Assembly: GCF_038025025.1 (NCBI RefSeq) | Contig: NW_027117342.1 | Span: 1-64,000 of the forward strand | Origin: Phyllosticta citribraziliensis | Taxonomy: Eukaryota | Direction: 5' to 3' | DNA length: 64,000 bases | In this document: piece after piece, positions 1 to 10,900 of the stretch | How positions within the stretch are numbered: position 1 is the stretch's first letter | Layout of the letters: each line of letters begins with the position of its first letter | Notes under the pieces: model-generated | What the model was told of the DNA's origin: nothing | Seen by the model: only the letters and a program-made list of their open reading frames with translations | Database searches by the model: none | Made by a program: the position numbers and the translations under genes

Positions 1-2318
1 AGTAGTATTTAGTTAAAAATAAGGAGGTTCTTAGTATTTCTAAGAAGAAAGTTAAAAAGAAGACTAGATTAAGGGTCTATATTATAGCTACCCCTTACTA
101 CCTACTATTTACTTATAGAGGGGGCTAAACTATAGTAGGAGGTACTTAATAAGTAGCCTATTTAGTAGTATTTAGCTAGGAATTCTTCCCTATCTCTTTC
201 TTAGTAAAAATTTAAAAAGGAGGCTAGATTAGGGGTCTATATTATAGCTACCCCTTACTACTTACTATATCCTTATAGAAGGGGCTATATTATAATAAAG
301 GGTATTTAATAAGTAGCCTCTCTAGTAGTATTTAGCTAGTAATTATTCCCTATCTCTTTCTTAATAGAAATTTAAAAAGGAGGTTATATAGGGGGTCTAT
401 ATTATAACTACCCCTTACTACTTACTATATACTTATAGAGGGGGCTAAGCTATAATAAGAGGTACTTAATAAGTAGCTAGCCTAGTAATATTTAGCTAGA
501 TTTTTAACTTCTTTCTTTTTACTAGACTTATTATTATTTTATTAAAGACTAGACTTTTTTTCTCTTTTTTACTTTTCTCTTTATTACTTTAGTCTTTATC
601 TACTAGATAAAAATATATTTAGGCTAGATTTAGTAGATTTACTAAAATTTAAATTTTTTACCCTACTTTTTATCTAGTAGGGGACTTAAGAGGCTAGAAA
701 GGAGGCTACTTTTAAAAATAAAAATATCTTAGTATTTTAAGCTATAGGCCTATACTATAAGACTAGTATATAAGATATAAGCTTAAATTATAGTTATATC
801 TTAAGCTTTAATCTAGCTATAGTAGATTCTCTACTTTTTAATAGAGAAGAATAGGATAGGGTTTTTACTAAAACTAGACTATATATACCTATATACTAGC
901 TATATACTAGTTAAATAGACCTAGTTATATAAGTATATACTTAGTAGGTAGCTATTCTAGTAGTATTAAAATAAAAAAAAAGATTCTTTAAATTTTAATA
1001 TTTTCTTTAAAAGGAGGCTAGATTAGGGGTCTATATTATAGCTACTTTCTAATACCTACTATATACTTATAGATAGGGCTAAACTATAATAGAAGGTACT
1101 TAATAAGTAGCTAGCCTAGTAATATTTAGCTAGAAATAAGGAGGTTCTTAGTATTTCTAAGTAGAAATTTAGAAAAAAGGCTAGATTAGGGGTCTATATT
1201 ATAACTACTCTCTACTACTTACTATATACTTATAGAAGGGGCTAAATTATAATAAAGAGTACTTAATAAGTAGCCTCTCTAGTAGTATTTAACTAGTAAT
1301 TATTCCCTATCTCTTTCTTAGTAGAAATTTAGAAAGGAGATTATATAAGGGGTCTATACTATAGCTACCCCTTAATACCTATTATATACTTATAGAGGGG
1401 GCTAAGCTATAGTAGAGGGTACTTAATAAGTAGCTAGTCTAGTAGTATTTAGCTAGATTTTTAACTTCTTTCTTTTTACTAAACTTATTATTATTTTATT
1501 AAAAACTAGACTTTTTTTCTCCTTTCTACTTTTCTCCTTATTACTTTAGTCTTTATCTACTAGATAAAAATATATTTAGACTAGATTTAGTAAATTTATT
1601 AAAATCTAAATTTCTTACCCTACTTTTTACCTAGTAAGGGACTTAAGAGGCTAGAAAGGAGACTACTTTTAAAAATAAAAATATCTTAGTATTTTAAGCT
1701 ATAGGCCTATACTATAGGACTAGTATATAAGATATAAGCTTAAATTATAATTATATCTTAAGCTTTAATCTAGCTATAGTAGATTCTCTACTTTTTAATA
1801 GAGAAGAATAGGATAGGGTTTTTACTAAAACTAGACTATATATATCTATATACTAGCTATATACTAGTTAAATAGACCTAGTTATATAAGTATATACTTA
1901 GTAAGTAGCTATTCTAGTAGTATTAAAATAGAAAAAAAGAGATTCTTTAAATTTTAATATTTTCTTTAAAAAGAGACTAGATTAGGGGTCTATACTATAG
2001 CTACCCCCTAATACCTACTATATACTTATAGATAGGGCTAAACTATAGTAGGAGGTACTTAGTAAGTAGCTAGCCTAGTAGTATTTAGCTAGAAATAAGG
2101 AGGTTCTTAGTATTTCTAAGTAGAAATTTAGAAAGAAGGCTAGATTAGGGGTCTATACTATAGCTACCCCCTACTACCTACTATATACTTATAGAGGGGG
2201 CTAAACTATAGTAGGGGGTGCTTAGTAAGCAGCTAGCCTAGTAGTATTTAGCTAGTAATTCTTCCCTATCTCTTTCTTAGTAGAAATTTAGAAAGGAGGC
2301 TAGATTAGAGGTCTATAC
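1..2318. repeat. AT-rich, RIP-mutated higher-order tandem repeat (160/163-bp monomers plus ~480-bp spacer; ~958-bp period); continues beyond the left edge
   Basis: Anchor GGGTCTAT recurs at 73, 233, 393 | 1027, 1190, 1350 | 1986, 2149, 2309 (last copy AGGTCTAT). The spacer block at ~491-1010 is repeated at ~1448-1970. TpA-rich, with CpA/TpG nearly absent. Confidence 0.92.
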
Positions 2319-2860
2319 TCCTTCTTTCTATCTATCCGTCCGTCCTTTATTACTTTTTCACGCCCGCGCTTGCTAACATTAAATCCGTGTCTCCTGACCC
2401 GTGAAGCTAACCGCCATGTCCCGATGGCTGCTGAAAAACTGGAGAGATGGGCATGGTGAAGATAGGGTAGTGGTAGTGCGGCGCGGTAGCAGCAGTCATC
2501 AATAGAGGCGCAGGCAGCTGCTATATACTCAGCGGGCACCACGCCTAGAGTGGCCGTGGGCGGGACTAGATGTGGCTCACTTACACCTGAATTGGGAGTT
2601 GATGCTAGACGACGAAAGGTGGGCCGCTGTGGTCGGTCTAGAGGAACGCGCCGGCCAAATGGCCGCGCGTCAAGGGCGTGCGTACCCAACAGGCTCCTTG
2701 GACGGGCCGCTCATTCGTGGTGGCCGTCTTTGCAGGGACTGGCCAGATAGGGGACCAGGCAGGAAATTTTGTCGCGGCGGTGCGTATGGTCGTGGATGTC
2801 GATGGCATCTGACCCGACGAACTTTGTGGGCGCGGCCGTCCTGACGCCGTCTACGTGTTC

Positions 2861-4591
2861 TCAGCCGGGGGCGCGGGCGGGCGAGATAGGCGCAAGACGT
2901 CCCTCAACAGCAGTGCAGCCACCCATCTTGTAAAAAGCAGCGGCGAGGCACCTGGCGCGGGCAAACTCGTACTCGCAGGCGACGGCGTCGCCATCGCCGT
3001 TGGGGAAGACGCAAAAGGGCCGGTCGTGCTGCGCCAGCCGCACGGCGGCCCGGCCAAGCTGGATGAGGTCCTCGAACATGTCGACGTCGGCGTTGGCCTG
3101 CAGGTTGCGGTTCAGCCAGAGCCGCATGTAGTCGGCTTGTTTGGCCGGGTCCAGCGGCCACGGCGCAGGGTCGCACGTCCAGCCGGCGCCGGCGGGCTTG
3201 GCGATCTCGTCGGCAATGATGCGCTGGGCGAGAGAGTCTCGCAGAGCGGTGAAGTGGTCGCGCATCTGGTCTTGGGCCGGCGTCGTCACCATCGTGCCGG
3301 TCGCACCAGGAGTGAGCTCGTGGATGGCGAGTCGCGCGGCGAGGCCGAGGTCGAGAAAGCCGGCCAGGTATTCCTCGTGGGCCCGGGGGTTGCATCGCAG
3401 CGCTCGCTGCAGGAGCGCGACCAGATCGAAGAAGAAGGCGTTTGCCTGCGTGAGCTCAGTCCTCCAAATTGATGTCAGAGGCCCGGTGCTTGGGGCACTC
3501 ATGTCAGGGCGGCTAAATGATTCGAAGCTCCCATGGCCGAGATGCGGGCTGTCCTGGTCGCCGCATGCATCAGCCGTGCCGACGCTGTTGGTGGCGCCGT
3601 CCGTCCGACGACCATCTTGAGTTTGAGCAAGAGCAGCGACGGATGTCGCAGCCGCCGCCCATCTGTAGACCTCCTCAGTGCAAGCGGCGTCGGTATCCGC
3701 GGTGCTCCGCTCGTCCAATAGCACCTTGCGCAGCAGCTCGCGACGCCTGGGCGGCGAGTCGGAAGCCTTGCGCTTCTTGGGCGTCGGATCAACGCACCTC
3801 CAGGTTATGACTTCGTCGGGGGACGACTGGGCTACAGGCTCGCTACGGCCGGGCGAAGGTGGGATGAGAATGTCGCTGTACGCAGGCGGGTCGCGGTCGA
3901 CGTAGGGGTTCCAGCCGTGTGTCTTGTTGGACCAGTCGTCGGCAGCGACAGGGTAGTGCTGCCAGCAGTTGATGGCCCTCGTCGTCCCATCCGCGTCTGG
4001 GGTGGCGACGTCGATGGCGAGGTCGCGAAGGAGAATGCCTTGGGGCGCAGCGTCAGCCAAAGCCTGGAACACGCGAGACGTGGTCGAGCTCTTCACAACG
4101 TGCACATCTACATGTTGGACCACCACGAGGCTTCGCATGCACGTCACAAGGTAGCCGGGGGAGTCGTCGAGCGGCTTCTGCATCGTTCGCCTGGGCACGG
4201 GCATGATGGCGTACGGGGCGGCGGCGAGCGCGAAGGACAAGCCAACGTGCGGGACAGAAGAGCGCAGCCCGAGGTGGTTGTTGGTCGCCAACTGGGTGTT
4301 TGTGACGGGCAGGACGATGTAGAAATCTTTTGTATTTTTTCCCTTGGACGTCCGGCCTCGAAGCGAGAGACGAATGGCAACCACCTTGCATGTAGGGTCG
4401 TCGACAGCGTGCCCAACCCACAGCGTCAAACCCGTTGCCAAGGGCCCAGTAGCTCCTCCATGTGCACCATCTTGATCCTCGTCCAGGCGGCCAAGAAGCT
4501 GGTAGGCGCCCGAGTCCTGGCGCCGCCACCCAAGCACAGCCAGCGCGCCCTCGACTTCCCAGTGTATCTGCGTATCCTTGGCCTGCAGCAT
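2861..4591 (-). CDS. Hypothetical protein (~576 aa from the ATG at 4591), with PPAY motif and basic NLS-like PKKRKAS
   Basis: Longest uninterrupted ORF in the window (track 2861..4735; first ATG is MLQAKDT). Divergent from array 1, with a TATA-like CTATATATAG at ~5147. No family recognised. Confidence 0.7.
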   Translation of the reverse strand: MLQAKDTQIHWEVEGALAVLGWRRQDSGAYQLLGRLDEDQDGAHGGATGPLATGLTLWVGHAVDDPTCKVVAIRLSLRGRTSKGKNTKDFYIVLPVTNTQLATNNHLGLRSSVPHVGLSFALAAAPYAIMPVPRRTMQKPLDDSPGYLVTCMRSLVVVQHVDVHVVKSSTTSRVFQALADAAPQGILLRDLAIDVATPDADGTTRAINCWQHYPVAADDWSNKTHGWNPYVDRDPPAYSDILIPPSPGRSEPVAQSSPDEVITWRCVDPTPKKRKASDSPPRRRELLRKVLLDERSTADTDAACTEEVYRWAAAATSVAALAQTQDGRRTDGATNSVGTADACGDQDSPHLGHGSFESFSRPDMSAPSTGPLTSIWRTELTQANAFFFDLVALLQRALRCNPRAHEEYLAGFLDLGLAARLAIHELTPGATGTMVTTPAQDQMRDHFTALRDSLAQRIIADEIAKPAGAGWTCDPAPWPLDPAKQADYMRLWLNRNLQANADVDMFEDLIQLGRAAVRLAQHDRPFCVFPNGDGDAVACEYEFARARCLAAAFYKMGGCTAVEGRLAPISPARAPG

Positions 4592-5163
4592 TGCGCAGGC
4601 GGGCAGGGCGAGTGTAGGTAGGGTTCGGATCGGATGCGTCGGAGGCCTGCACTGGTCCGTCAGTTGGTCGTCTCTCCAATCTTCAATTGGGGCGTCCGTC
4701 CGGCACAGGTGCTGGTGCGAACAAATGCGGCTCACGGGGCGCTCCTCAACTCCAGTTCCGCTTGAGCAGACACGAGAAGAGGCGCAAGCGCGAACACACG
4801 CCGCTCACAGGGCACGAATGGGCCGGAGCGGGGCGCAGGAACCAAGACACAAGCCGCAGCGCATATCGCGGCTCGCGGGGCTTTCCTCGAGTACGTCGCA
4901 GGCGTCGCGAGCGAGACGGGACGACGTGCCAGAGGCGCAAGCGCGAACACACGTGCGCTGACAGAAGCAGGCTCGGTGCGAGAGAGGGTGGGGAAAAGAG
5001 GATTGATGCAGAGTGACGGTCGGAGTTGATGGCGATGGATGGAGAGATGATGGTGATGGAGCAGGAGAGTGGAGGTCGGGCGAAGGTGGAGAGCGGAGGT
5101 TGGGGAGAGCCACCAAGTCTAGCTGATGTAATGCCGTAGCCACTCCCTATATATAGCCGGAAT

Positions 5164-5600
5164 CATACTCGCCGGCGAGTATGGCTTCCTCACTCACGTG
5201 ACCGGCATACTCGCCAGCGGGAATGGCCATACTCGCCGGCGAGTATGGGTTCCCCACTCACGTGACCGGCATACTCGCCGGCGAGTATGGGTTCCCCACT
5301 CACGTGACCGGCATACTCGCCGGCGAGTATGGGTTCCCCACTCACGTGACTGGCATACTCGCCGGCGAGTATGGCTTCCCCGCTCACGTGACCGGCATAC
5401 TCGCCGGCGAGTATGGCTTTCCCACTCACGTGACTGGCATACTCGCCGGCGAGTATGGCTTTGCCGCTCACGTGACTGGCATACTCGCCGGCGAGTATGG
5501 CTTCCCCGCTCACGTGACTGGCATACTCGCCGGCGAGTATGGCTTCCCCGCTCACGTGACCGGCATACTCGCCGGCGAGTATGGCTTTCTCGCTGGCGGG
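5164..5600. repeat. Palindromic tandem array 1: 42-bp unit = CATACTCGCCGGCGAGTATG (20-bp perfect palindrome) + ~10 variable nt + TCACGTGA + C(C/T)GG
   Basis: Perfect palindromes start at 5164, 5228, 5270, 5312, 5354, 5396, 5438, 5480, 5522, 5564; there are nine TCACGTGA octamers. Confidence 0.97.
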
Positions 5601-5825
5601 CTACTTCCTACATGTACCGCACCCACCACCGACCCGACTGCTACTGACCTGACCTGACCCATCCATGCCTTGCCTGGCAGCCAGCGACCACCATCCACCC
5701 ACCATCATCCACCATCATCCACCATCCACAATCCACAGCAGCCATCTGGATGTCATGGGTGGGCGGTCACTTCACTTTCAAGCCGCACGCCTTCGAGCGC
5801 CCACGCCTGTTGCTGCGCCTTGGTC

Positions 5826-6230
5826 ATGGACTTCGACGATGACTCGATACTCTTGAGAGCCCGGGCCCGCACGACGACTGCGAGCCTGCCCCCACGCCTT
5901 TCCTCCGCCCAAGCGCCGCAGCGCCGAGACACTCGCCTCCGCCCAAGCGCCGCAGCGCCGAGACACTCGCCTCCGTCCAAGCGCCGCAGCGCCGAGACGC
6001 TCGCCCTCGGCCAGATCAAACACCACCAGCCGACGCCAGAGCTGCTGCTCCAGAAGCTGCCGTTTGCGCGCCTGGTCAGTACCTACATACCTGACTGACT
6101 GACTGACTGACTGTGTGGATGATTGGCTGGCATCCGCGAAATCGCACACGACATGACGGCGCCCGGGCAGACGACGCGGTGGCGGACAAAGGCGCTCGAG
6201 GTGCTACAAAACTTGGCAGAATGGTATTGA
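5826..6230 (+). pseudogene. Truncated histone H3-family gene, CenH3/CENP-A-like
   Basis: Translation ETLALGQIKHHQPTPELLLQKLPFARL / IREIAHDMTAPGQTTRWRTKALEVLQNLAEWY* aligns to H3 alphaN-alpha1-loop1-alpha2. FARL (not FQRL), RW (not RF) and a loop 1 about 3 aa longer are CenH3-type traits. The intron from 6075 (GTCAGT, CTGAC repeats) has no AG acceptor before 6132; stop at 6228. Confidence 0.75.
5903..6004 (+). repeat. 34-bp unit x3 in the H3-like N-terminal tail
   Basis: CTCCGCCCAAGCGCCGCAGCGCCGAGACACTCGC at 5903, 5937 and 5971 (third copy has 2 substitutions). Confidence 0.95.
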
Positions 6231-7917
6231 GGCTGGACATGCGAATGTAGGGAATCGCGCAACATCATGGTGGACGAAGCTCCAATGGCCATCAATCAAT
6301 CTACCAGCTCGTTCTGCTGCCGCGTCGCTGAGTATTGTGGGCCGGCCCCGGCCATGTCGACGCCGCCTCGAGCGTTCTGGACGGCTGCCGTCGGACCATG
6401 GTTCGAAGTCTTGGGCGCCTGGCGCCGGGAGACGAGGAAAGAAGGCTCCTGACTGGCGCCTGAGAGCGAGTGAGGAGGAGCGACCAGGTTCATGCTCAAG
6501 TCCACAGGTAGACTGCCCAAGTGAAGGCTACTCGGTGTTGTGCTTCGTCCTCGAGGGCGGTGCACGGAACCAGTAGTCGAGGCTGGCGCCAGCGGCGTGG
6601 AGTCACGATGAATATGGTTATCTGTAGCAAGAGGTATTGCGCGTGTAGGTTCATCTATAGCCAAGACTGCTACTGCTTATGTTTAGATAGCATGAGCATG
6701 TGAGTGCTTTAGACATACTCGGACCGCCGTGGCTGCTGCCGGCGAGCCACATTTGCAGGTACATGTATTCTGGGATGATCGCGGGGTCGTACTGATCTGA
6801 TGAAAAGTCCATCCTGGCACTAACCACGCACGGCAAGGAGATTGAGTAACAATTCCATTCACTTCCTGGTCTGGAATCTTTAGCAACACGAGTGCTCTGC
6901 TCATCCACGACATTCTCGTACTTGACAAGCAAAAGCGCGCAGAGACATGGGTGGGTTTGCTTATACTAAGGACACGCCCGACCTACCTTGTCTGTCGCAA
7001 TCTTGCCCACCGCCTGTTTCCCGTTTTCCCGGCGGAGAGGGCCAGAATCCGCGAGGCATGCACGAAGAGGCAAGTTTGGCCCACAAATGAGGATGTAAAG
7101 CGGTGGACTGCATGTTGGTAACATCATCTCATCTCGGGCAGTCCTTCCTTGGCTTGGCCACACGCCCCGGAAACTTAGGCAAAAGGCCATGCGCACGTCA
7201 CGACGGAGACGAGGCGATGGATCAAGACCCACAGCTTCTCCAGAGCGTCGAACAAGGACGACTGCGAGTCTTTTCGCCCTTTTCAATTGGTCGTCAAAGC
7301 AACGTGTATGACAAGCCCACAGTCGGTGCGCTCCGCCGTCGCGTCAACCGCAAATTCAGAGAACAGCTGGGTGTTGTGGAACAGTTTGCCACCGTCTCTG
7401 AGGCGCAAAAGGACGACAAGCGCGCTTCTGCCTCGGGTTTCAATGCAGTAGCTCTACCGCGTCGCATGGTCTGGAGCATCAAGCCCATGATTGGCGCCAC
7501 ATGGAGTGACGACGGCAAGGAGGAGCAGCGCGAAGACAAAGAGAGCGAGGAACACGAGCTCAGTAGTTTTGATGCCACGGCCAACACCTCCGCCCAGGAC
7601 GCATTTCACCAGGCCCTCACCTAGTCGACCTATACCAAACCATGTCCTTGCGCAAGAAGCACACGGCTGCGTCCATGGCGACGTTTAAACAGCGCTCCGC
7701 GCAGCTGCGTGCCCATCACGTCCAGCGTTTCCTGACAAGTATGGTGTCTATCGCATGCTGCAAGGTGCGCGTTGGCGAGCGAAGTTCGGAAGACGGCCGT
7801 CGAGGGGTTGAGGGTCGAGGGTTGAGGGTCGAGGGTCAAGGGTCGAGGGCTCGGGCAGTACGCGCAGGTCGGGGGTAGGGGAGTTCTGGCTTCTTTTTGT
7901 CGGTCGCGGGGTGCTGC

Positions 7918-7976
7918 TGCTGGTGCTGGTGCTGGTGCTGGTGCTGGTGCTGGTGCTGGTGCTGGTGCTGGTGCTG
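7918..7976. repeat. (GCTGGT)n microsatellite; a (GAGGGTY)n heptamer run lies nearby at ~7800-7850
   Basis: Read directly from the sequence. Confidence 0.9.
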
Positions 7977-10900
7977 CTCCTGCTCCTGCTGTTGCTGTTG
8001 CTCCTACTGCCTCCTCCTCCTTAGACAACGGCAATGCCAACCGCGCTGCTTTTGCAGAGACGCCCGTCCCAAGCGCGTCAGTCCCGACCGTAGTCGCTGA
8101 CACGGGTGCTTCTGGTGCTGCTGGCGCTCTCCCGACGCCCGTTTCGCAGACCGAGCCCGCCACGGCCGCACCCAACACGAACGACGACGACAACAACAAC
8201 AACAACAATAATAATGGTGATGAAGGTCTTTCTGCTGCTCGTGCTGCTATTGCGGCCGCCGCCGCCCTCTACCCTCCTATCATTTTTTCTTCTCGCCAAG
8301 AAGACCACACAGAAGAAGGAGAAACGCTGCCTCGGCCTTTCGTCACCACCTCGGGAGACGCCTACGGCCGCGCCATACACGATCTTGAAGCCCTGACGGC
8401 CTGGTACTGCCGCACCGGCGGCCGCGGCGGCCTCGTGATCACGCGCCTCGTCGCCATGCAGCAGCGCACCGTCATCAGAGCCATACACGAGTACATGGAG
8501 TTTTTGGTGACGTTGTTGGCGAGATTGAGACACCTGCAGTGATGAGGCAGAGGCAGAGCAGAGGCAGAGGCATATGCGGAAGAGGTGGACGATTGTGGAG
8601 GGTGAGGATGAGGTAATTCAGCGTCGGTCGGGCAAGGGGGGGAGAGGGTTTCCTTTGTTTTGTCTTCTTTTCCTCCCTTTCCTCTTCGTTCCTCCTCTTT
8701 ATTACGGATGCTTAGTTTGGTATCATGGTTTCGTTGTAGTCGAATGGAAAAGATGCCATTTGAGAGCGTCAGTGTCCGCTTCTTCCCTCGGTACAACTAC
8801 ACTCTTAGCTCTGCTGCCCGCTCCACCACAAGCCAGAAACGCAACGGCGCGTTACCAATGCCGCATCCAGACTTGCATCGTGACACGGCAGGCAAAACTC
8901 TGTGGATGGGATGGTTGGCGAGGTCGGAGGTTATGCGCGGAGAGCGCGACGCGCGCCGTGCCTACGCCCTTCTCTTGTGTCAACAACGCTGCCTCTTGTA
9001 GCACCACACACTCAAAATTGTTTGTCGTTTATCATCGTCTGGTTGGGGCCTGACCTGACCCCCGCCGCTACCTCGTTGGGTGACTGACCTACTTCTGACG
9101 GTCGAGGGCTCTGGCTGTGGCGGCGGAAGCAATAGCGCTGCGGTGCGAAGCAAGACGACGAGACGGAGAACAGCGCAAGGTATCACGTGGAGAAGGGACG
9201 AGTAAACATGGCCAATGTTGTAGATATTCAGGAAACTCAAGGATCCATTCCACTCCACTCGCAGTGCCCGCGACAGGAAACCCCAGAAAACGTGCCGCCA
9301 TAGGCTGCCCGACGTGCGTGTGCCGGCTGATAGGAACAACGGGTCAAGTCCAGGTGTCCATCCTCCACTGGCAATACTTGCACCTAGACCGTGCCCGTAC
9401 AGTACACGTCGACGTAGCCGCCCGTGCCCCTTCCCGTGGCAACCATGGCAGCAGATACTTCATGCCCGTGCAATTGCATTTCCATCTCCATCAGCTCGGC
9501 GGCCAGGAGCACGTCGTCGGTGTCCGCGTCGGTTTGCGTGGTCCACTGCTCGCCGCCGCCACCGCCGCCGCCGCTCGTGTCCATGCTGCCTGTGTAGTCG
9601 GTGCTTTCACGGCGCCGCCGGCGGGGCTGCAGATGCACCATGGCACCGCATTCGGAGAGCTCGATGAAGCCTCGACTCTGACCGTGGCTCGTCGCTTGAG
9701 GGGGTGGCCGGCGTGGCTCCTGGTTGTTGCGGACCGCGCTTGCGCTGTTTAAAGATTGTGCTGGCTTGGGCGTCGGACCATTTGCTGGGGAGAGAGACGC
9801 CGAAGGTGACAAGAGACTCAGTGATTTGGCGCCATGTGAAGGCAGGCGGCCAGCGTCGTCAGAAGGCTGTGTATGCTGGTCCCGGCGTTGGTGGCTTGGT
9901 CTTAATGGCGACTGGTGACCCTTCATGATTGTTTCAAGGCTTGTGAGAAGGATAATCGATGACAGGAGGCGATTAAGGCATGGACATGGTGGGCTCTTGA
10001 GTGCTGTCGCTGTTGTGATTCACAGACGGTCGGGTTCCACTGCATGCATTTTCAGCAGAAACGTCTGTAATGTCTGTATGCAAGGGGAGACGCTGCATGA
10101 AGAGACGCAGCTGCAGCTGCACGAGAGACCAGGAACAGCATGCAAGGAGACTTTGCCGAGTTGTCAACATGCACACTCCCTGCTGTGTTCACGGAGGAAA
10201 AGGGGTCATCGCCGTGTTCCCACGTTGCGATTCGGACTGGGTCCACTTCTTATGGGCTGGCTGCTCACCGACTGTACGCGCGTTTCATCAGTCAGTGGGC
10301 CTCATTCAGCCAGTATGTACCTAGGAGAGGATGGATTGAGCTTTGCCGGCTGATGGTGCATTTGTTGGTCTGGGTCAAGTCAGTAGCAGCATGGCCCTTC
10401 TCATTGGCGTTGAAGACGCGACACGCAGCATCAAGAGCAGCATGGCCATGGTGGCCGTTGCATGAGCAGCATCATGTCGTGTTCCAGACGGAGGGTATGC
10501 AGGAATGCAGTCGGCACAGCGGAGGAGGACCCAGACAAGGGCAGATGAAGATGATGAGCCACCTCATGCCATGCATGATTCCGCGCTGCAAGATGTGTGC
10601 CGAATCCTGTACATGCATCCCTCGCTTCAAAGTATGCCTGATGATGACTGGAGACCGTGTGAAAATAGTTCTGCGAATCTCAATGTTGAATGTGGCATCG
10701 CCCGTTTGAAAACATTGCTCTCGTTTGGCAAATTGGAACAAATCAGCCCATCTTGAAAACGTCCTACCACTTTTGTGTCCTCTGAAAAGAGCCGTAGAGA
10801 TGATTGTGGTAGTGTTGCGCTGGCGATATGCGGTATTTAAAGGCGGCGGGGAATAATGGCGACGTGTTTGGCGCGTGGAATTCGGCGATAAAACTGCCTT

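Noticed and set aside
1..2318. Telomeric repeat or RIPed protein-repeat gene
   Set aside because: No (TTAGGG)n tract; monomer lengths of 160 and 163 bp are not multiples of three.
2855..4679. Many overlapping and antisense ORFs across the GC island
   Set aside because: Shadow ORFs expected at high GC; only frames with motifs or splice support were kept.
5194..5560. Budding-yeast point centromere
   Set aside because: CDEI-like octamers are present, but there is no AT-rich CDEII or CDEIII, and the host is a RIP-competent filamentous fungus.
5164..5600. CRISPR array (palindromic repeats at regular spacing)
   Set aside because: Inter-repeat segments are ~22 nt and nearly identical rather than unique spacers; no cas genes; eukaryotic context with introns and RIP.
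5190..5657. Repeat-peptide ORFs (GILAGEYGFPTHVT)n, and similar ORFs over arrays 2 and 3
   Set aside because: By-products of a stop-free 42-bp unit. Arrays 2 and 3 have periods that break the frame, so conservation is at the DNA level.
7630..8533. ORFs with (AP)n, (WC)n, poly-T/V tracts; similar ORFs at 28822-29253 and 29770-30269
   Set aside because: Translations of microsatellites or T-rich tracts with no independent coding evidence.
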